DNA of 34,567 nucleotides. It comes from Raillietiella orientalis (Eukaryota). Of this stretch, positions 10,846 to 25,100 are shown piece after piece; positions within the stretch are counted from its first letter, which is position 1; every line of letters begins with the position of its first letter. The notes under the pieces were generated by a model, which saw only the letters and a program-made list of their open reading frames with translations, searched no databases and was not told the origin of the DNA. The stretch covers positions 1 through 34,567 of the forward strand of contig JAYWIR010000192.1 of assembly GCA_036172245.1 (NCBI GenBank), written 5' to 3'. Both the position numbers and the translations under genes were made by a program.

Positions 10846-13066
10846 TTGCTCTTAGTCTGGTTTTCACGGCAACCCTTTTTGCAATGCGCAGTTCAGGTTT
10901 TTTTCCCTCCACCTTCCTTTTTTCAGTGCAAATTTGCAGTGTTTGGTGATTTCAAATCATTTTCTATAATGTCGATTCCTTCGATGCGCTCCTTCCGAGC
11001 ATCCGAACGATTTCCGTCCACTTTGGATGCCAATGCACCTTAATCACATCCCCACTTCATCCGAATCCCTTCCTCCACGAGAAGAAATCATAAGAGAACC
11101 GACCTAGTTTCAAGAGTGTAGGATTGGTCTTAGTCTGGTTTTCATGGCAACCATTTTTGCAATGCACAGTTCAAGTTTTTTTCCGTCCTCCTTGCTTTTT
11201 TCAGTGCAAATTTGCAGTGTTTGGTGATTTCAAATCATTTTCTATAATGTCGATTCCTTCGATGCGCTCCTTCCGAGCATCCGAACGGATTCCTTCCCCT
11301 TTGGATGCAAATGCACCTTAATCACATCCCCACTTCATCCGAATCCCTTCCTCCACGTGAAGAAATCATAAGAGAACCGACCTAATTTCAAAAGGGGAGG
11401 ATTGGTCTTAGTCTGGTTTTCATGGCAACCCTTTTTGCAATGCGCAGTTCAGGTTTTTTTCCCTCCACCTTCCTTTTTTCAGTGCAAATTTGCAGTGTTT
11501 GGTGATTTCAAATCATTTTCTATAATGTCGATTCCTCCGATGCACTCCTTCCGAGCATCCGAACGGTTTCCGTCCCCTTTGGATGCCAATGCACCTTAAT
11601 CACATCCCCACTTCATCCGAATCCCTTCCTCCACGAGAAGAAATCATAAGAGAACCGACCTAATTTCAAGAGTAGATTGGTCTTAGTCTGGTTTTCATGG
11701 CAACCCTTTTTGCAATGCGCAGTTCAGGTTTTTTTCCCTCCACCTTCCTTTTTTCAGTGCAAATTTGCAGTGTTTGGTGATTTCAAATCATTTTCTATAA
11801 TGTCGATTCCTTCGATGCGCTCCTTCCGAGCATCCGATCGGTTTCCGTCCCCTTTGGATGCAAATGCACCTTAATCACATCCCCACTTCATCCGAATCCC
11901 TTCCTCCACGTGAAGAAATCATAAGAAAACCGACCTAATTTCAAGAGAAGAGGATTGCTCTTAGTCTGGTTTTCACGGCAACCCTTTTTGCAATGCGCAG
12001 TTCAGGTTTTTTTCCCTTCACCTTCCTTTTTTCAGTCCAAATTTGCAGTGTTTGGTGATTTCAAATCATTTTCTATAATGTCGATTCCTTCGATGCGCTC
12101 CTTCCGAGCATCCGAACGATTTCCGTCCACTTTGGATGCCAATGCACCTTAATCACATCCCCACTTCATCCGAATCCCTCCCTCCACGAGAAGAAATCAT
12201 AAGAGAACCGACCTAGTTTCAAGAGTGTAGGATTGGTCTTAGTCTGGTTTTCATGGCAACCATTTTTGCAATGCACAGTTCAAGTTTTTTTCCGTCCTCC
12301 TTCCTTTTTTCAGTGCAAATTTGCAGTGTTTGGTGATTTCAAATCATTTTCTATAATGTCGATTCCTCCGATGCGCTCCTTCCGAGCATCCGAACGGATT
12401 CCTTCCCCTTTGGATGCCAATGCACCTTAATCACATCCCCACTTCATCCGAATCCCTTCCTCCACGTGAAGAAATCATAAGAGAACCGACCTAATTTCAA
12501 AAGGGGAGGATTGGTCTTAGTCTGGTTTTCATGGCAACCCTTTTTGCAATGCGCAGTTCAGGTTTTTTTCCCTCCACCTTCCTTTTTTCAGTGCAAATTT
12601 GCAGTGTTTGGTGATTTCAAATCATTTTCTATAATGTCGATTCCTCCGATGCACTCCTTCCGAGCATCCGAACGGTTTCCGTCCCCTTTGGATGCCAATG
12701 CACCTTAATCACATCCCCACTTCATCCGAATCCCTTCCTCCACGTGAAGAAATCATAAGAGAACCGACCTAATTTCAAAAGGGGAGGATTGGTCTTAGTC
12801 TGGTTTTCATGGCAACCCTTTTTGCAATGCGCAGTTCAGGTTTTTTTCCCTCCACCTTCCTTTTTTCAGTGCAAATTTGCAGTGTTTGGTGATTTCAAAT
12901 CATTTTCTATAATGTCGATTCCTTCGATGCGCTCCTTCCGAGCATCCGAACGATTTCCGTCCACTTTGGATGCCAATGCACCTTAATCACATCCCCACTT
13001 CATCCGAATCCCTTCCTCCACGTGAAGAAAGCATAAGAAAACCGACCTAATTTCAAAAGGGGAGGA
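10846..13066 (+). repeat. Tetrameric higher-order repeat (~1109 bp x2)
   Basis: TTGCTCTTAG...CACGGC monomer at 10846 and 11955, CTAGTTTCAAGAGTGTAGG-preceded monomer at 11124 and 12233, GATGCACTCC monomer at 11402 and 12511. All offsets are 1109 bp. Confidence 0.88.
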
Positions 13067-14437
13067 TTGGTCTTAGTCTGGTTTTCATGGCAATCCTTTT
13101 TGCAAGCGCAGTTCAGGTTTTTTCCCCTCCACCTTCCTTTTTTCAGTGCAAATTTGCAGTGTTTGGTGATTTCAAATCATTTTCTATGATGTCGATTCCT
13201 TCGATGCGCTCCTTCCGAGCATCCGAACGATTTCCGTCCACTTTGGATGCCAATGCACCTTAATCACATCCCCACTACATCCGAATCCCTTCCTCCACGA
13301 GAAGATATCATAAGAGAACCGACCTTATTTCATGAGGGGAGGATTAGTCTTAGTCTGGTTTTCAAAGCAACCATTTTTGCAATGTACAGATCAAGTTTTT
13401 TTCCATCCACCTTTCTATTTTCAGGGCAAATTTGCAGTGCTTGGTGATTTCAAATCATTTTCTATGATGTCCATTCCATCGATGCGCTCCTTCCGAGCAT
13501 CCGAACGGTTTCCGTCCACTTTGGATGCAAATGCACCTTAATCACATCCGGACTTCTGCCGAATCCCTTGCTCCACGAGAAGAAATCATACGAGAACCCA
13601 ACTAATTTCAAGTTGGGAGGATTGGTCTTAGTCTGGTTTTCATGGCAACCCTTTTTGCAATGCGCAGTTCAGGTTTATTTCCCTCCACCTTCCTTTTTTC
13701 AGTGCAAATTTGCAGTGTTTGGTGATTTCAAATCATTTTCTATGATGTCGATTCCTTCGATGCGCTCCTTCCGAGCATCCGAACGGATTCCGTCCCCTTT
13801 GGATGCAAATGCACCTTTATCACATCCTGACTTCTTCCGAATCCTTTGCTCCACGAGAAGAAATCATAGTAGAATCAACCTAATTTCAAGAGAAGAGGAT
13901 TGGTGTTAGTCTTGTTTTCATGGCAACCATTTTTGGAATGCAGAGATCAAGTTTTTTTCCTTCCATCTTCCTTTTTTCAGTGCAAATTTGCAGTGTTTGG
14001 TGATTTCAAATCATTTTCTATGTCGTCGATTCCATCGATGCGCTCCTTCCGAGCATCCGAACGGTTTCGGTCCACTTTGGATGCAAATGCACGTTAATCA
14101 CATCCCCACTTCATCCGTATCCCTTCCTCCAGGGGAAGAAATCATAAGAGAACCGACCTAATTTCAAGAAGGGAGGATTGGTCTTAGTCTGGTTTTCATG
14201 GCAACCATTTTTGCAATGCGCAGTTCAAGTTTTTTTCCGTCCACCTTGCTTTTTTCAGTGCAAATTTGCAGTTCTTGGTGATTTCAAATCATTTTCTATG
14301 ATGTCGATTCCATCGATGCGCTCCTTCCGAGCATCCGAACGGTTTCCGTCCACTTAGGATGCAAATGCACCTTAATCACATCCCCACTTCATCCCAATCC
14401 CTCCCTCCAGGAGAAGAAATCATAAGAGAACCGACCG
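12511..14437 (+). repeat. Seven-monomer block, copy 3
   Basis: Matches 3344-5270 variant for variant and diverges after GAACCGACC at ~14437. Confidence 0.92.
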
Positions 14438-15474
14438 AATTTCAAGAAGGGAGGATTAGTCTTAGTCTGGTTTTCATGGCAACCCTTTTTGCAATGCGCA
14501 GTTCAGGTTTATTTCCCTCCACCTTCCTTTTTTCAGTGCAAATTTGCAGTGTTTAGTGATTTCAAATCATTTTCTATGATGTCGATTCCATCGATGCGCT
14601 CCTTCCGAGCATCCGAACGGATTCCGTCCCCTTTGGATGCAAATGCACCTTAATCACATCCCCACTTCATCCGAATCCCTTCCTCCAGGAGAAGAAATCA
14701 TAAGGGAACCGACCTTATTTCAAGAGGGGAGGATTAGTCTTAGTCTGGTTTTCAAGGCAACCATTTTTGCAATGCGCAGTTCAGGTTTTTTTCCCTCCAC
14801 CTTCCTTTTTTCAGTGAAAATTTGCAGTGTTTGGTGATTTCAAATCATTTTCTATAATGTCGATTCCTTCGATGCTCTCCTTCCGAGCATCCGAACGGAT
14901 TCCTTCCCCTTTGGATGCAAATGCACCTTAATCACATCCCCACTTCATCCGAATCCCTTCCTCCACGAGAAGAAATCATAAGAGAACCGACCTTATTTCA
15001 AGAGGGGAGGATTGGTCTTAGTCTGGTTTTCATGGCAACCATTTTTGCAATGCACAGATCAAGTTTTTTTCCCTCCACCTTCCTTTTTTCAGTGCAAATT
15101 TGCAGTGCTTGGTGATTTCAAATCATTTTCTATGATGTCGAATCCATCGATGCGCTCCTTCCGAGCATCCGAACGGTTTCCGTCCACTTTGGATGCCAAT
15201 GCACCTTAATCACATCCCCACTTCATCCCAATCCCTCCCTCCAGGAGAAGAAATCATAAGAGAACCGACCGAATTTCAAGAAGGGAGGATTGGTCTTAGT
15301 CTGGTTTTCATGGTAACCCTTTTTGCAATGCGCAGTTCAGGTTTATTTCCCTCCACCTTCCTTTTTTCAGTGCAAATTTGCAGTGTTTGGTGATTTCAAA
15401 TCATTTTCTATGATGTCGATTCCATCGATGCGCTCCTTCCGAGCATCCGAACGGATTCCGTCCCCTTTGGATGC

Positions 15475-16535
15475 AAATGCATTTTAATCACATCCCCACT
15501 TCATCCGAATCCCTTCCTCCAGGAGAAGAAATCATAAGAGAACCGACCTAATTTCAAAAGGGGAGGATTGGTCTTAGTCTGGTTTTCATGGCAACCATTT
15601 TTGCAATTGAAAGATCAAGATTTTTCCCTCCATCTTCCTTTTTTCAGTGCAAATTTAGAGTGTTTGGTGATTTCAAATCATTTTCTATGACGTCGAATCC
15701 ATCGATGCTCTCCTGCCGAGCATCCGAACGGATTCCTTCCGCTTTGGATGCAAATGCACCTTAATCACATCCCCACTTCATCCGAATCCCTTCCTCCACG
15801 AGAAGATATCATAAGCGAACCGACCTTATTTCAAGAAGGGAGGATTAGTCTTAGTCTGGTTTTCAAAGCAACCATTTTTGCAATGTACAGATCAAGTTTT
15901 TTTCCATCCACCTTTCTATTTTCAGGGCAAATTTGCAGTGCTTGGTGATTTCAAATCATTTTCTATGATGTCCATTCCATCGATGCGCTCCTTCCGAGCA
16001 TCCGAACGGTTTCCTTCCCCTTTGGATGCAAATGCACCTTTATCACATCCCCACTTCTTCCGAATCCCTTGCTCCACGAGAAGAAATCATAAGAGAACCG
16101 ACCTTATTTCAAGAGGGGAAGAATGGTCTTAGTCCGGTTTTCATGGCAACCATTTTTGCAATGCAGAGTTCAAGTTTATTTCCCTCCACCTTCCTTTTTT
16201 CAGTACAAATTTGCAGTGTTTAGTGATTTCAAATCATTTTCTATGATGTCGATTCCATCGATGCGCTCCTTCCGAGCATCCGAACGGTTTCCTTCCCCTT
16301 TGGATGCAAATGCACCTTAATCACATCCCCACTTCTTCCGAATCCCTTCCTCCACGAGAAGAAATCATTAGGGAACGGACCTTATTTCAAGAGGGGAGGA
16401 TTAGTCTTAGTCTGGTTTTCAAGGCAACCATTTTTGCAATGCGCAGTTCAGGTTTTTTTCCCTCCACCTTCCTTTTTTCAGTGAAAATTTGCAGTGTTTG
16501 GTGATTTCAAATCATTTTCTATAATGTCGATTCCT
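15475..16535 (+). repeat. ~4-monomer block, second copy of 2140-3200
   Basis: Same ordered private variants at a +13335 offset. Confidence 0.88.
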
Positions 16536-16939
16536 TCGATGCTCTCCTTCCGAGCATCCGAACGGATTCCTTCCCCTTTGGATGCAAATGCACCTTTATC
16601 ACATCCCCACTTCATCCGAATCCCTTCCTCCACGAGAAGAAATCATAAGAGAACCGACCTAATTTCAAGAGGGGAGGATTGGTCTTAGTCTGGTTTTCAT
16701 GGCAACCCTTTTTGCAATGCGCAGTTCAGGTTTTTTTCCCTCCACCTTCCTTTTTTCAGTGCAAATTTGCAGTGCTTGGTGATTTCAAATCATTTTCTAT
16801 GATGTCGATTCCATCGATGCGCTCCTTCCGAGCATCCGAACGGTTTCCTTCCCCTTTGGATGCAAATGCACCTTTATCACATCCCCACTTCATCCGAATC
16901 CCTTCCTCCACGAGAAGAAATCATAAGAGAACCGACCTT

Positions 16940-17900
16940 ATTTCAAGAGGTGAAGAATGGTCTTAGTCCGGTTTTCATGGCAACCATTTTTGCAATGCAG
17001 AGTTCAAGTTGATTTCCCTCCACCTTCCTTTTTTCAGTACAAATTTGCAGTGTTTAGTGATTTCAAATCATTTTCTATGATGTCGATTCCATCGATGCGC
17101 TCCTTCCGAGCATCCGAACGGTTTCCTTCCCCTTTGGATGCAAATGCACCTTTATCACATCCCCACTTCTTCCGAATCCCTTCCTCCACGAGAAGAAATC
17201 ATAAGGGAACGCACCTTATTTCAAGAGGGGAGGATTAGTCTTAGTCTGGTTTTCAAGGCAACCATTTTTGCAATGCGCAGTTCAGGTTTTTTTTTCTCCA
17301 CCTTTCTTTTTTCAGTGCAAATTTGCAGTGCTTGGTGATTTCAAATCATTTTCTATGATGTCGATTCCATCGATGCGCTCCTTCCGAGCATCCGAACGGT
17401 TTCCTTCCCCTTTGGATGCAAATGCACCTTTATCACATCCCCACTTCTTCCGAATCCCTTGCTCCACGAGAAGAAATCATAAGAGAACCGACCTTATTTC
17501 AAGAGGTGAAGAATGGTCTTAGTCCGGTTTTCATGGCAACCATTTTTGCAATGCAGAGTTCAAGTTGATTTCCCTCCACCTTCCTTTTTTCAGTACAAAT
17601 TTGCAGTGTTTAGTGATTTCAAATCATTTTCTATGATGTCGATTCCATCGATGCGCTCCTTCCGAGCATCCGAACGGTTTCCTTCCCCTTTGGATGCAAA
17701 TGCACCTTTATCACATCCCCACTTCTTCCGAATCCCTTCCTCCACGAGAAGAAATCATAAGGGAACCGACCTTATTTCAAGAGGGGAGGATTAGTCTTAG
17801 TCTGGTTTTCAAGGCAACCATTTTTGCAATGCGCAGTTCAGGTTTTTTTTTCTCCACCTTCCTTTTTTCAGTGAAAATTTGCAGTGTTTGGTGATTTCAA
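16940..17900 (+). repeat. Dimeric higher-order repeat (~556 bp x2), sister of 5270-6230
   Basis: Same alternation at 16957/17235/17513/17791. Offset to the first dimer pair is ~11668 bp (5289/16957, 5470/17138). Confidence 0.85.
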
Positions 17901-19179
17901 ATCATTTTCTATGATGTCGATTCCATCGATGCGCTCCTTCCGAGCATCCGAACGGTTTCCTTCCCCTTTGGATGCAAATGCACCTTTATCACATCCCCAC
18001 TTCATCCGAATCCCTTCCTCCACGAGAAGAAATCATAAGAGAACCGACCTAATTTCAAGAGGGTAGGATTAGTCTTAGTCTGGTTTTCATGGCAACCATT
18101 TTTGCAATGCACAGTTCAAGTTTTTTTCCGTCCACCTTGCTTTTTTCAGTGCAAATTTGCAGTGCTTGGTGATTTCAAATCATTTTCTATGATGTCGATT
18201 CCATCGATGCGCTCCTTCCGAGCATCCGAACGGTTTCCGTCCACTTTGGATGCAAATGCACCTTAATCACATCCCCACTTCATCCCAATCCCTCCCTCCA
18301 GGAGAAGAAATCATAAGAGAACCGACCGAATTTCAAGAGGGGAGGATTGGTCTTAGTCTGGTTTTCATGGCAACCATTTTTGCAATTGAAAGATCAAGAT
18401 TTTTCCCTCCATCTTCCTTTTTTCAGTGCAAATTTAGAGTGTTTGGTGATTTCAAATCATTTTCTATGACGTCGATTCCATCGATGCGCTCCTTCCGAGC
18501 ATCCGAACGGTTTCCTTCCCCTTTGGATGCAAATGCACCTTAATCACATCCCCACTTCATCCGAATCCCTCGCTCTAGGAGAAGAAATCATAAGAGAACC
18601 GACCTAATTTCAAGAGGGTAGGATTGGTCTTAGTCTGGTTTTCAAGGCAACCATTTTTGCAATGCGCAGTTCAGGTTTTTTTCCCTCCACCTTCCTTTTT
18701 TCAGTGAAAATTTGCAGTGTTTAGTGATTTCAAATCATTTTCTATGATGTCGATTCCATCGATGCGCTCCTTCCGAGCATCCGAACGCTTTCCGTCCCCT
18801 TTGGATGCAAATGCACCTTTATCACATCCTGACTTCTTCCGAATCCCTTGCTCCACGAGAAGAAATCATAGTAGAATCAACCTAATTTCAAGAGAAGAGG
18901 ATTGGTGTTAGTCTTGTTTTCATGGCAACCCTTTTTGCAATGCGCAGTTCAAGTTTTTTTCCCTCCACCTTCCTTTTTTCAGTGAAAATTTGCAGTGTTT
19001 GGTGATTTCAAATCATTTTCTATAATGTCGATTCCTCCGATGCGCTCCTTCCGAGCATCCGAACGGTTTGCGTCCCCTTTGGAGGCAAATGCATTTTAAT
19101 CACATCCCCACTTCATCCGAATCCCTTCCTCCAGGAGAAGAAATCATAAGAGAACCGACCTAATTTCAAAAGGGGAGGA

Positions 19180-22100
19180 TTGGTCTTAGTCTGGTTTTCA
19201 TGGCAACCATTTTTGCAATTGAAAGATCAATATTTTTCCCTCCATCTTCCTTTTTTCAGTGCAAATTTAGAGTGTTTGGTGATTTCAAATCATTTTCTAT
19301 GACGTCGATTCCATCGATGCGCTCCTTCCGAGCATCCGAACGGTTTCCGTCCACTTTGGATGCAAATGCACCTTAATCACATCCCCACTTCATCCGAATC
19401 CCTCCCTCCAGGAGAAAAAATCATAAGACAAACCGACCTAATTTCAATAGGGTAGGATTAGTCTTAGTCTGGTTTTCATGGCAACCATTTTTGCATTGCA
19501 CAGTTCAAGTTTTTTTCCGTCCTCCTTGCTTTTTTCAGTGCAAATTTGCAGTGCTTGGTGATTTCAAATCATTTTCTATGATGTCGATTCCATCGATGCC
19601 CTCCTTCCGAGCATCCGAACGGTTTCCGTCCACTTTGGATGCAAATGCACCTTAATCACATCCGGACTTCTTCCGAATCCCTTGCTCCACGAGAAGAAAT
19701 CATACGAGAACCCAACTAATTTCAAGAGGGGAGGATTGGTCTTAGTCTGGTTTTCATGGCAACCCTTTTTGCAATGCGCAGTTCAGGTTTTTTTCCCTCC
19801 ACCTTCCTTTTTTCAGTGAAAATTTGCAGTGTTTGGTGATTTCAAATCATTTTCTATAATGTCGATTCCTCCGATGCGCTCCTTCCGAGCATCCGAACGG
19901 TTTGCGTCCCCTTTGGAGGCAAATGCATTTTAATCACATCCCCACTTCATCCGAATCCCTTACTCCAGGAGAAGAAATCATAAGAGAACCGACCTAATTT
20001 CAAAAGGGGAGGATTGGTCTTAGTCTGGTTTTCATGGCAACCATTTTTGCAATTGAAAGATCAAGATTTTTCCCTCCATCTTCCTTTTTTCAGTGCAAAT
20101 TTAGAGTGTTTGGTGATTTCAAATCATTTTTCATGACGTCGAATCCATCGATGCGCTCCTTCCGAGCATCCGATCGATTTCCGTCCACTTTGGATGCCAA
20201 TGCACCTTAATCACATCCCCACTTCATCCGAATCCCTTCCTCCACGAGAAGATATCATAAGAGAACCGACCTTATTTCAAGAGGGGAGGATTATTCTTAG
20301 TCTGCTTTTCAAGGCAACCATTTTCGCAATGCACAGATCAAGTTTTTTTCCATCCACCTTTCTATTTTCAGTGCAAATTTGCAGTGCTTGGTGCTTTCAT
20401 ATCATTTTCTATGATGTCCATTCCATCGATGCCCTCCTTCCGAGCATCCGAACGGTTTCCGTCCACTTTGGATGCAAATGCACCTTAATCACATCCGGAC
20501 TTCTTCCGAATCCCTTGCTCCACGAGAAGAAATCATACGAGAACCCTACTAATTTCAAGTGGGGAGGATTGGTCTTAGTCTGGTTTTCATGGCAACCCTT
20601 TTTGCAATGCGCAGTTCAGGTTTATTTCCCTCCACCTTCCTTTTTTCAGTGCAAATTTGCAGTGTTTGGTGATTTCAAATCATTTTCTATAATGTCGATT
20701 CCTCCGATGCGCTCCTTCCGAGCATCCGAACGGTTTGCGTCCCCTTTGGAGGCAAATGCATTTTAATCACATCCCCACTTCATCCGAATCCCTTCCTCCA
20801 GGAGAAGAAATCATAAGAGAACCGACCTAATTTCAAAAGGGGAGGATTGGTCTTAGTCTGGTTTTCATGGCAACCATTTTTGCAATTGAAAGATCAAGAT
20901 TTTTCCCTCCATCTTCCTTTTTTCAGTGCAAATTTAGAGTGTTTGGTGATTTCAAATCATTTTCCATGACGTCGATTCCATCGATGCGCTCCTTCCGAGC
21001 ATCCGATCGATTTCCGTCCACTTTGGATGCAAATGCACCTTAATCACATCCCCACTTCATCCGAATCCCTTCCTCCACGAGAAGATATCATAAGAGAACC
21101 GACCTTATTTCAAGAGGGGAGGATTATTCTTAGTCTGCTTTTCAAGGCAACCATTTTCGCAATGCACAGATCAAGTTTGTTTCCATCCACCTTTCTATTT
21201 TCAGTGCAAATTTGCAGTGCTTGGTGATTTCAAATCATTTTCTATGATGTCGAATCCATCGATGCGCTCCTTCCGAGCATCCGAACGGTTTCCGTCCACT
21301 TTGGATGCAAATGCACCTTAATCACATCCCCACTTCATCCGAATCCCTTCCTCCACCAGAAGAAATCATAAGAGAACCGACCTTATTTCAAAGGGAGGAT
21401 TAGTCTTAGTCTGGTTTTAAACAACCATTTTCGCAATGCACAGATCAAGTTTTTTTCCATCCACCTTTCTATTTTCAGTGCAAATTTGCAGTGCTTGGTG
21501 CTTTCATATCATTTTCTATGATGTCGATTCCATCGATGCCCTCCTTCCGAGCATCCGAACGGTTTCCGTCCACTTTGGATGCAAATGCACCTTAATCACA
21601 TCCGGACTTCTTCCGAATCCCTTGCTCCACGAGAAGAAATCATAAGAGAACCGACCTAATTTCAAAAGGGGAGGATTGGTCTTAGTCTGGTTTTCATGGC
21701 AACCATTTTTGCAATTGTAAGATCAATATTTTTCCCTCCATCTTCCTTTTTTCAGTGCAAATTTAGAGTGTTTGGTGATTTCAAATCATTTTCTATGACG
21801 TCGATTCCATCGATGCGCTCCTTCCGAGCATCCGAACGGTTTCCGTCCACTTTGGATACAAATGCACCTTAATCACATCCCCACTTCATCCGAATCCCTC
21901 CCTCCAGGAGAAAAAATCATAAGACAAACCGACCTAATTTCAATAGGGTAGGATTAGTCTTAGTCTGGTTTTCATGGCAACCATTTTTGCATTGCACAGT
22001 TCAAGTTTTTTTCCGTCCTCCTTGCTTTTTTCAGTGCAAATTTGCAGTGCTTGGTGATTTCAAATCATTTTCTATGATGTCGATTCCATCGATGCCCTCC

Positions 22101-25100
22101 TTCCGAGCATCCGAACGGTTTCCGTCCACTTTGGATGCAAATGCACCTTAATCACATCCGGACTTCTTCCGAATCCCTTGCTCCACGAGAAGAAATCATA
22201 CGAGAACTAATTTCAAGAGGGGAGGATTGGTCTTAGTCTGGTTTTCATGGCAACCCTTTTTGCAATGCGCAGTTCAGGTTTTTTTCCCTCCACCTTCCTT
22301 TTTTCAGTGCAAATTTGCAGTGTTTGGTGATTTCAAATCATTTTCTATAATGTCGATTCCTCCGATGCGCTCCTTCCGAGCATCCGAACGGTTTGCGTCC
22401 CCTTTGGAGGCAAATGCATTTTAATCACATCCCCACTTCATCCGAATCCCTTCCTCCAGGAGAAGAAATCATAAGAGAACCGACCTAATTTCAAAAGGGG
22501 AGGATTGGTCTTAGTCTGGTTTTCATGGCAACCATTTTTGCAATTGAAAGATCAAGATTTTTCCCTCCATCTTCCTTTTTTCAGTGCAAATTTAGAGTGT
22601 TTGGTGATTTCAAATCATTTTTCATGACGTCGAATCCATCGATGCGCTCCTTCCGAGCATCCGAACGGTTTCCGTCCACTTTGGATGCAAATGCACCTTA
22701 ATCACATCCCCACTTCATCCGAATCCCTTCCTCCACGAGAAGATATCATAAGAGAACCGACCTTATTTCAAGAGGGGAGGATTATTCTTAGTCTGCTTTT
22801 CAAGGCAACCATTTTCGCAATGCACAGATCAAGTTTGTTTCCATCCACCTTTCTATTTTCAGTGCAAATTTGCAGTGCTTGGTGATTTCAAATCATTTTC
22901 TATGATGTCGATTCCATCGATGCGCTCCTTCCGAGCATCCGAACGGTTTCCGTCCACTTTGGATGCAAATGCACCTTAATCACATCCGGACTTCTTCCGA
23001 ATCCCTTGCTCCACGAGAAGAAATCATAAGAGAACCGACCTAATTTCAAAAGGGGAGGATTGGTCTTAGTCTGGTTTTCATGGCAACCATTTTTGCAATT
23101 GTAAGATCAATATTTTTCCCTCCATCTTCCTTTTTTCAGTGCAAATTTAGAGTGTTTGGTGATTTCAAATCATTTTCTATGACGTCGATTCCATCGATGC
23201 GCTCCTTCCGAGCATCCGAACGGTTTCCGTCCACTTTGGATACAAATGCACCTTAATCACATCCCCACTTCATCCGAATCCCTCCCTCCAGGAGAAAAAA
23301 TCATAAGACAAACCGACCTAATTTCAATAGGGTAGGATTAGTCTTAGTCTGGTTTTCATGGCAACCATTTTTGCATTGCACAGTTCAAGTTTTTTTCCGT
23401 CCTCCTTGCTTTTTTCAGTGCAAATTTGCAGTGCTTGGTGATTTCAAATCATTTTCTATGATGTCGATTCCATCGATGCCCTCCTTCCGAGCATCCGAAC
23501 GGTTTCCGTCCACTTTGGATGCAAATGCACCTTAATCACATCCGGACTTCTTCCGAATCCCTTGCTCCACGAGAAGAAATCATACGAGAACCCAACTAAT
23601 TTCAAGAGGGGAGGATTGGTCTTAGTCTGGTTTTCATGGCAACCCTTTTTGCAATGCGCAGTTCAGGTTTTTTTCCCTCCACCTTCCTTTTTTCAGTGAA
23701 AATTTGCAGTGTTTGGTGATTTCAAATCATTTTCTATGATGTCGATTCCTCCGATGCGCTCCTTCCGAGCATCCGAACGGTTTCCGTCCCCTTTGGATGC
23801 AAATGCACCTTAATCACATCCCCACTTCATCCGAATCCCTTCCTCCACGAGAAGAAATCATAAGAGAACCGACCTAATTTCAAAAGGGGAGGATTGGTCT
23901 TAGTCTGGTTTTCATGACAACCATTTTTGCAATTCACAGATCAAGATTTTTCCCTCCATCTTCCTTTTTTCAGTGCAAATTTGCAGTGTTTGGTGATTTC
24001 AAATCATTTTCTATGATGTCGATTCCATCGATGCGCTCCTTCCGAGCATCCGAACGGTTTCCTTCCCCTTTGGATGCAAATGCACCCTAAACACTCCCCA
24101 CTTCATCCGAATCCCTTCCTCCACGAGAAGAAATCATAAGAGAACCGACCTTATTTCAAGAGGGGAGGATTAGTCTTAGTCTGGTTTTCATGGCAACCAT
24201 TTTTGCAATTGAAAGATCAAGATTTTCCTCCATCTTCCTTTTTTCAGTGCAAATTTGCAGTGTTTGGTGATTTCAAATCATTTTCTATGACATTCGAATC
24301 ATCGATGCGCTCCTTCCGAGCATCCGAACGGTTTCCGTCCACTTTGGATGCAAATGCACCTTAATCACATCCCCACTTCATCCGAATCCCTTCCTCCACC
24401 AGAAGAAATCATAAGAGAACCGACCTTATTTCAAGAAGGGAGGATTAGTCTTAGTCTGGTTTTCAAGGCAACCATTTTTGCAATGCACAGATCAAGTTTT
24501 TTTCCATCCACCTTTCTATTTTCAGGGCAAATTTGCAGTGCTTGGTGATTTCAAATCATTTTCTATGATGTCCATTCCATCGATGCGCTCCTTCCGAGCA
24601 TCCGAACGGTTTCCGTCCACTTTGGATGCAAATGCACCTTAATCACATCCGGACTTCTTCCGAATCCCTTGCTCCACGAGAAGAAATCATAAGAGAACCG
24701 ACCTAATTTCAAAAGGGGAGGATTGGTCTTAGTCTGGTTTTCATGGCAACCATTTTTGCAATTGTAAGATCAATATTTTTCCCTCCATCTTCCTTTTTTC
24801 AGTGCAAATTTAGAGTGTTTGGTGATTTCAAATCATTTTCTATGACGTCGATTCCATCGATGCGCTCCTTCCGAGCATCCGAACGGTTTCCGTCCACTTT
24901 GGATACAAATGCACCTTAATCACATCCCCACTTCATCCGAATCCCTCCCTCCAGGAGAAAAAATCATAAGACAAACCGACCTAATTTCAATAGGGTAGGA
25001 TTAGTCTTAGTCTGGTTTTCATGGCAACCATTTTTGCAATGCACAGTTCAAGTTTTTTTCCGTCCTCCTTGCTTTTTTCAGTGCAAATTTGCAGTGCTTG

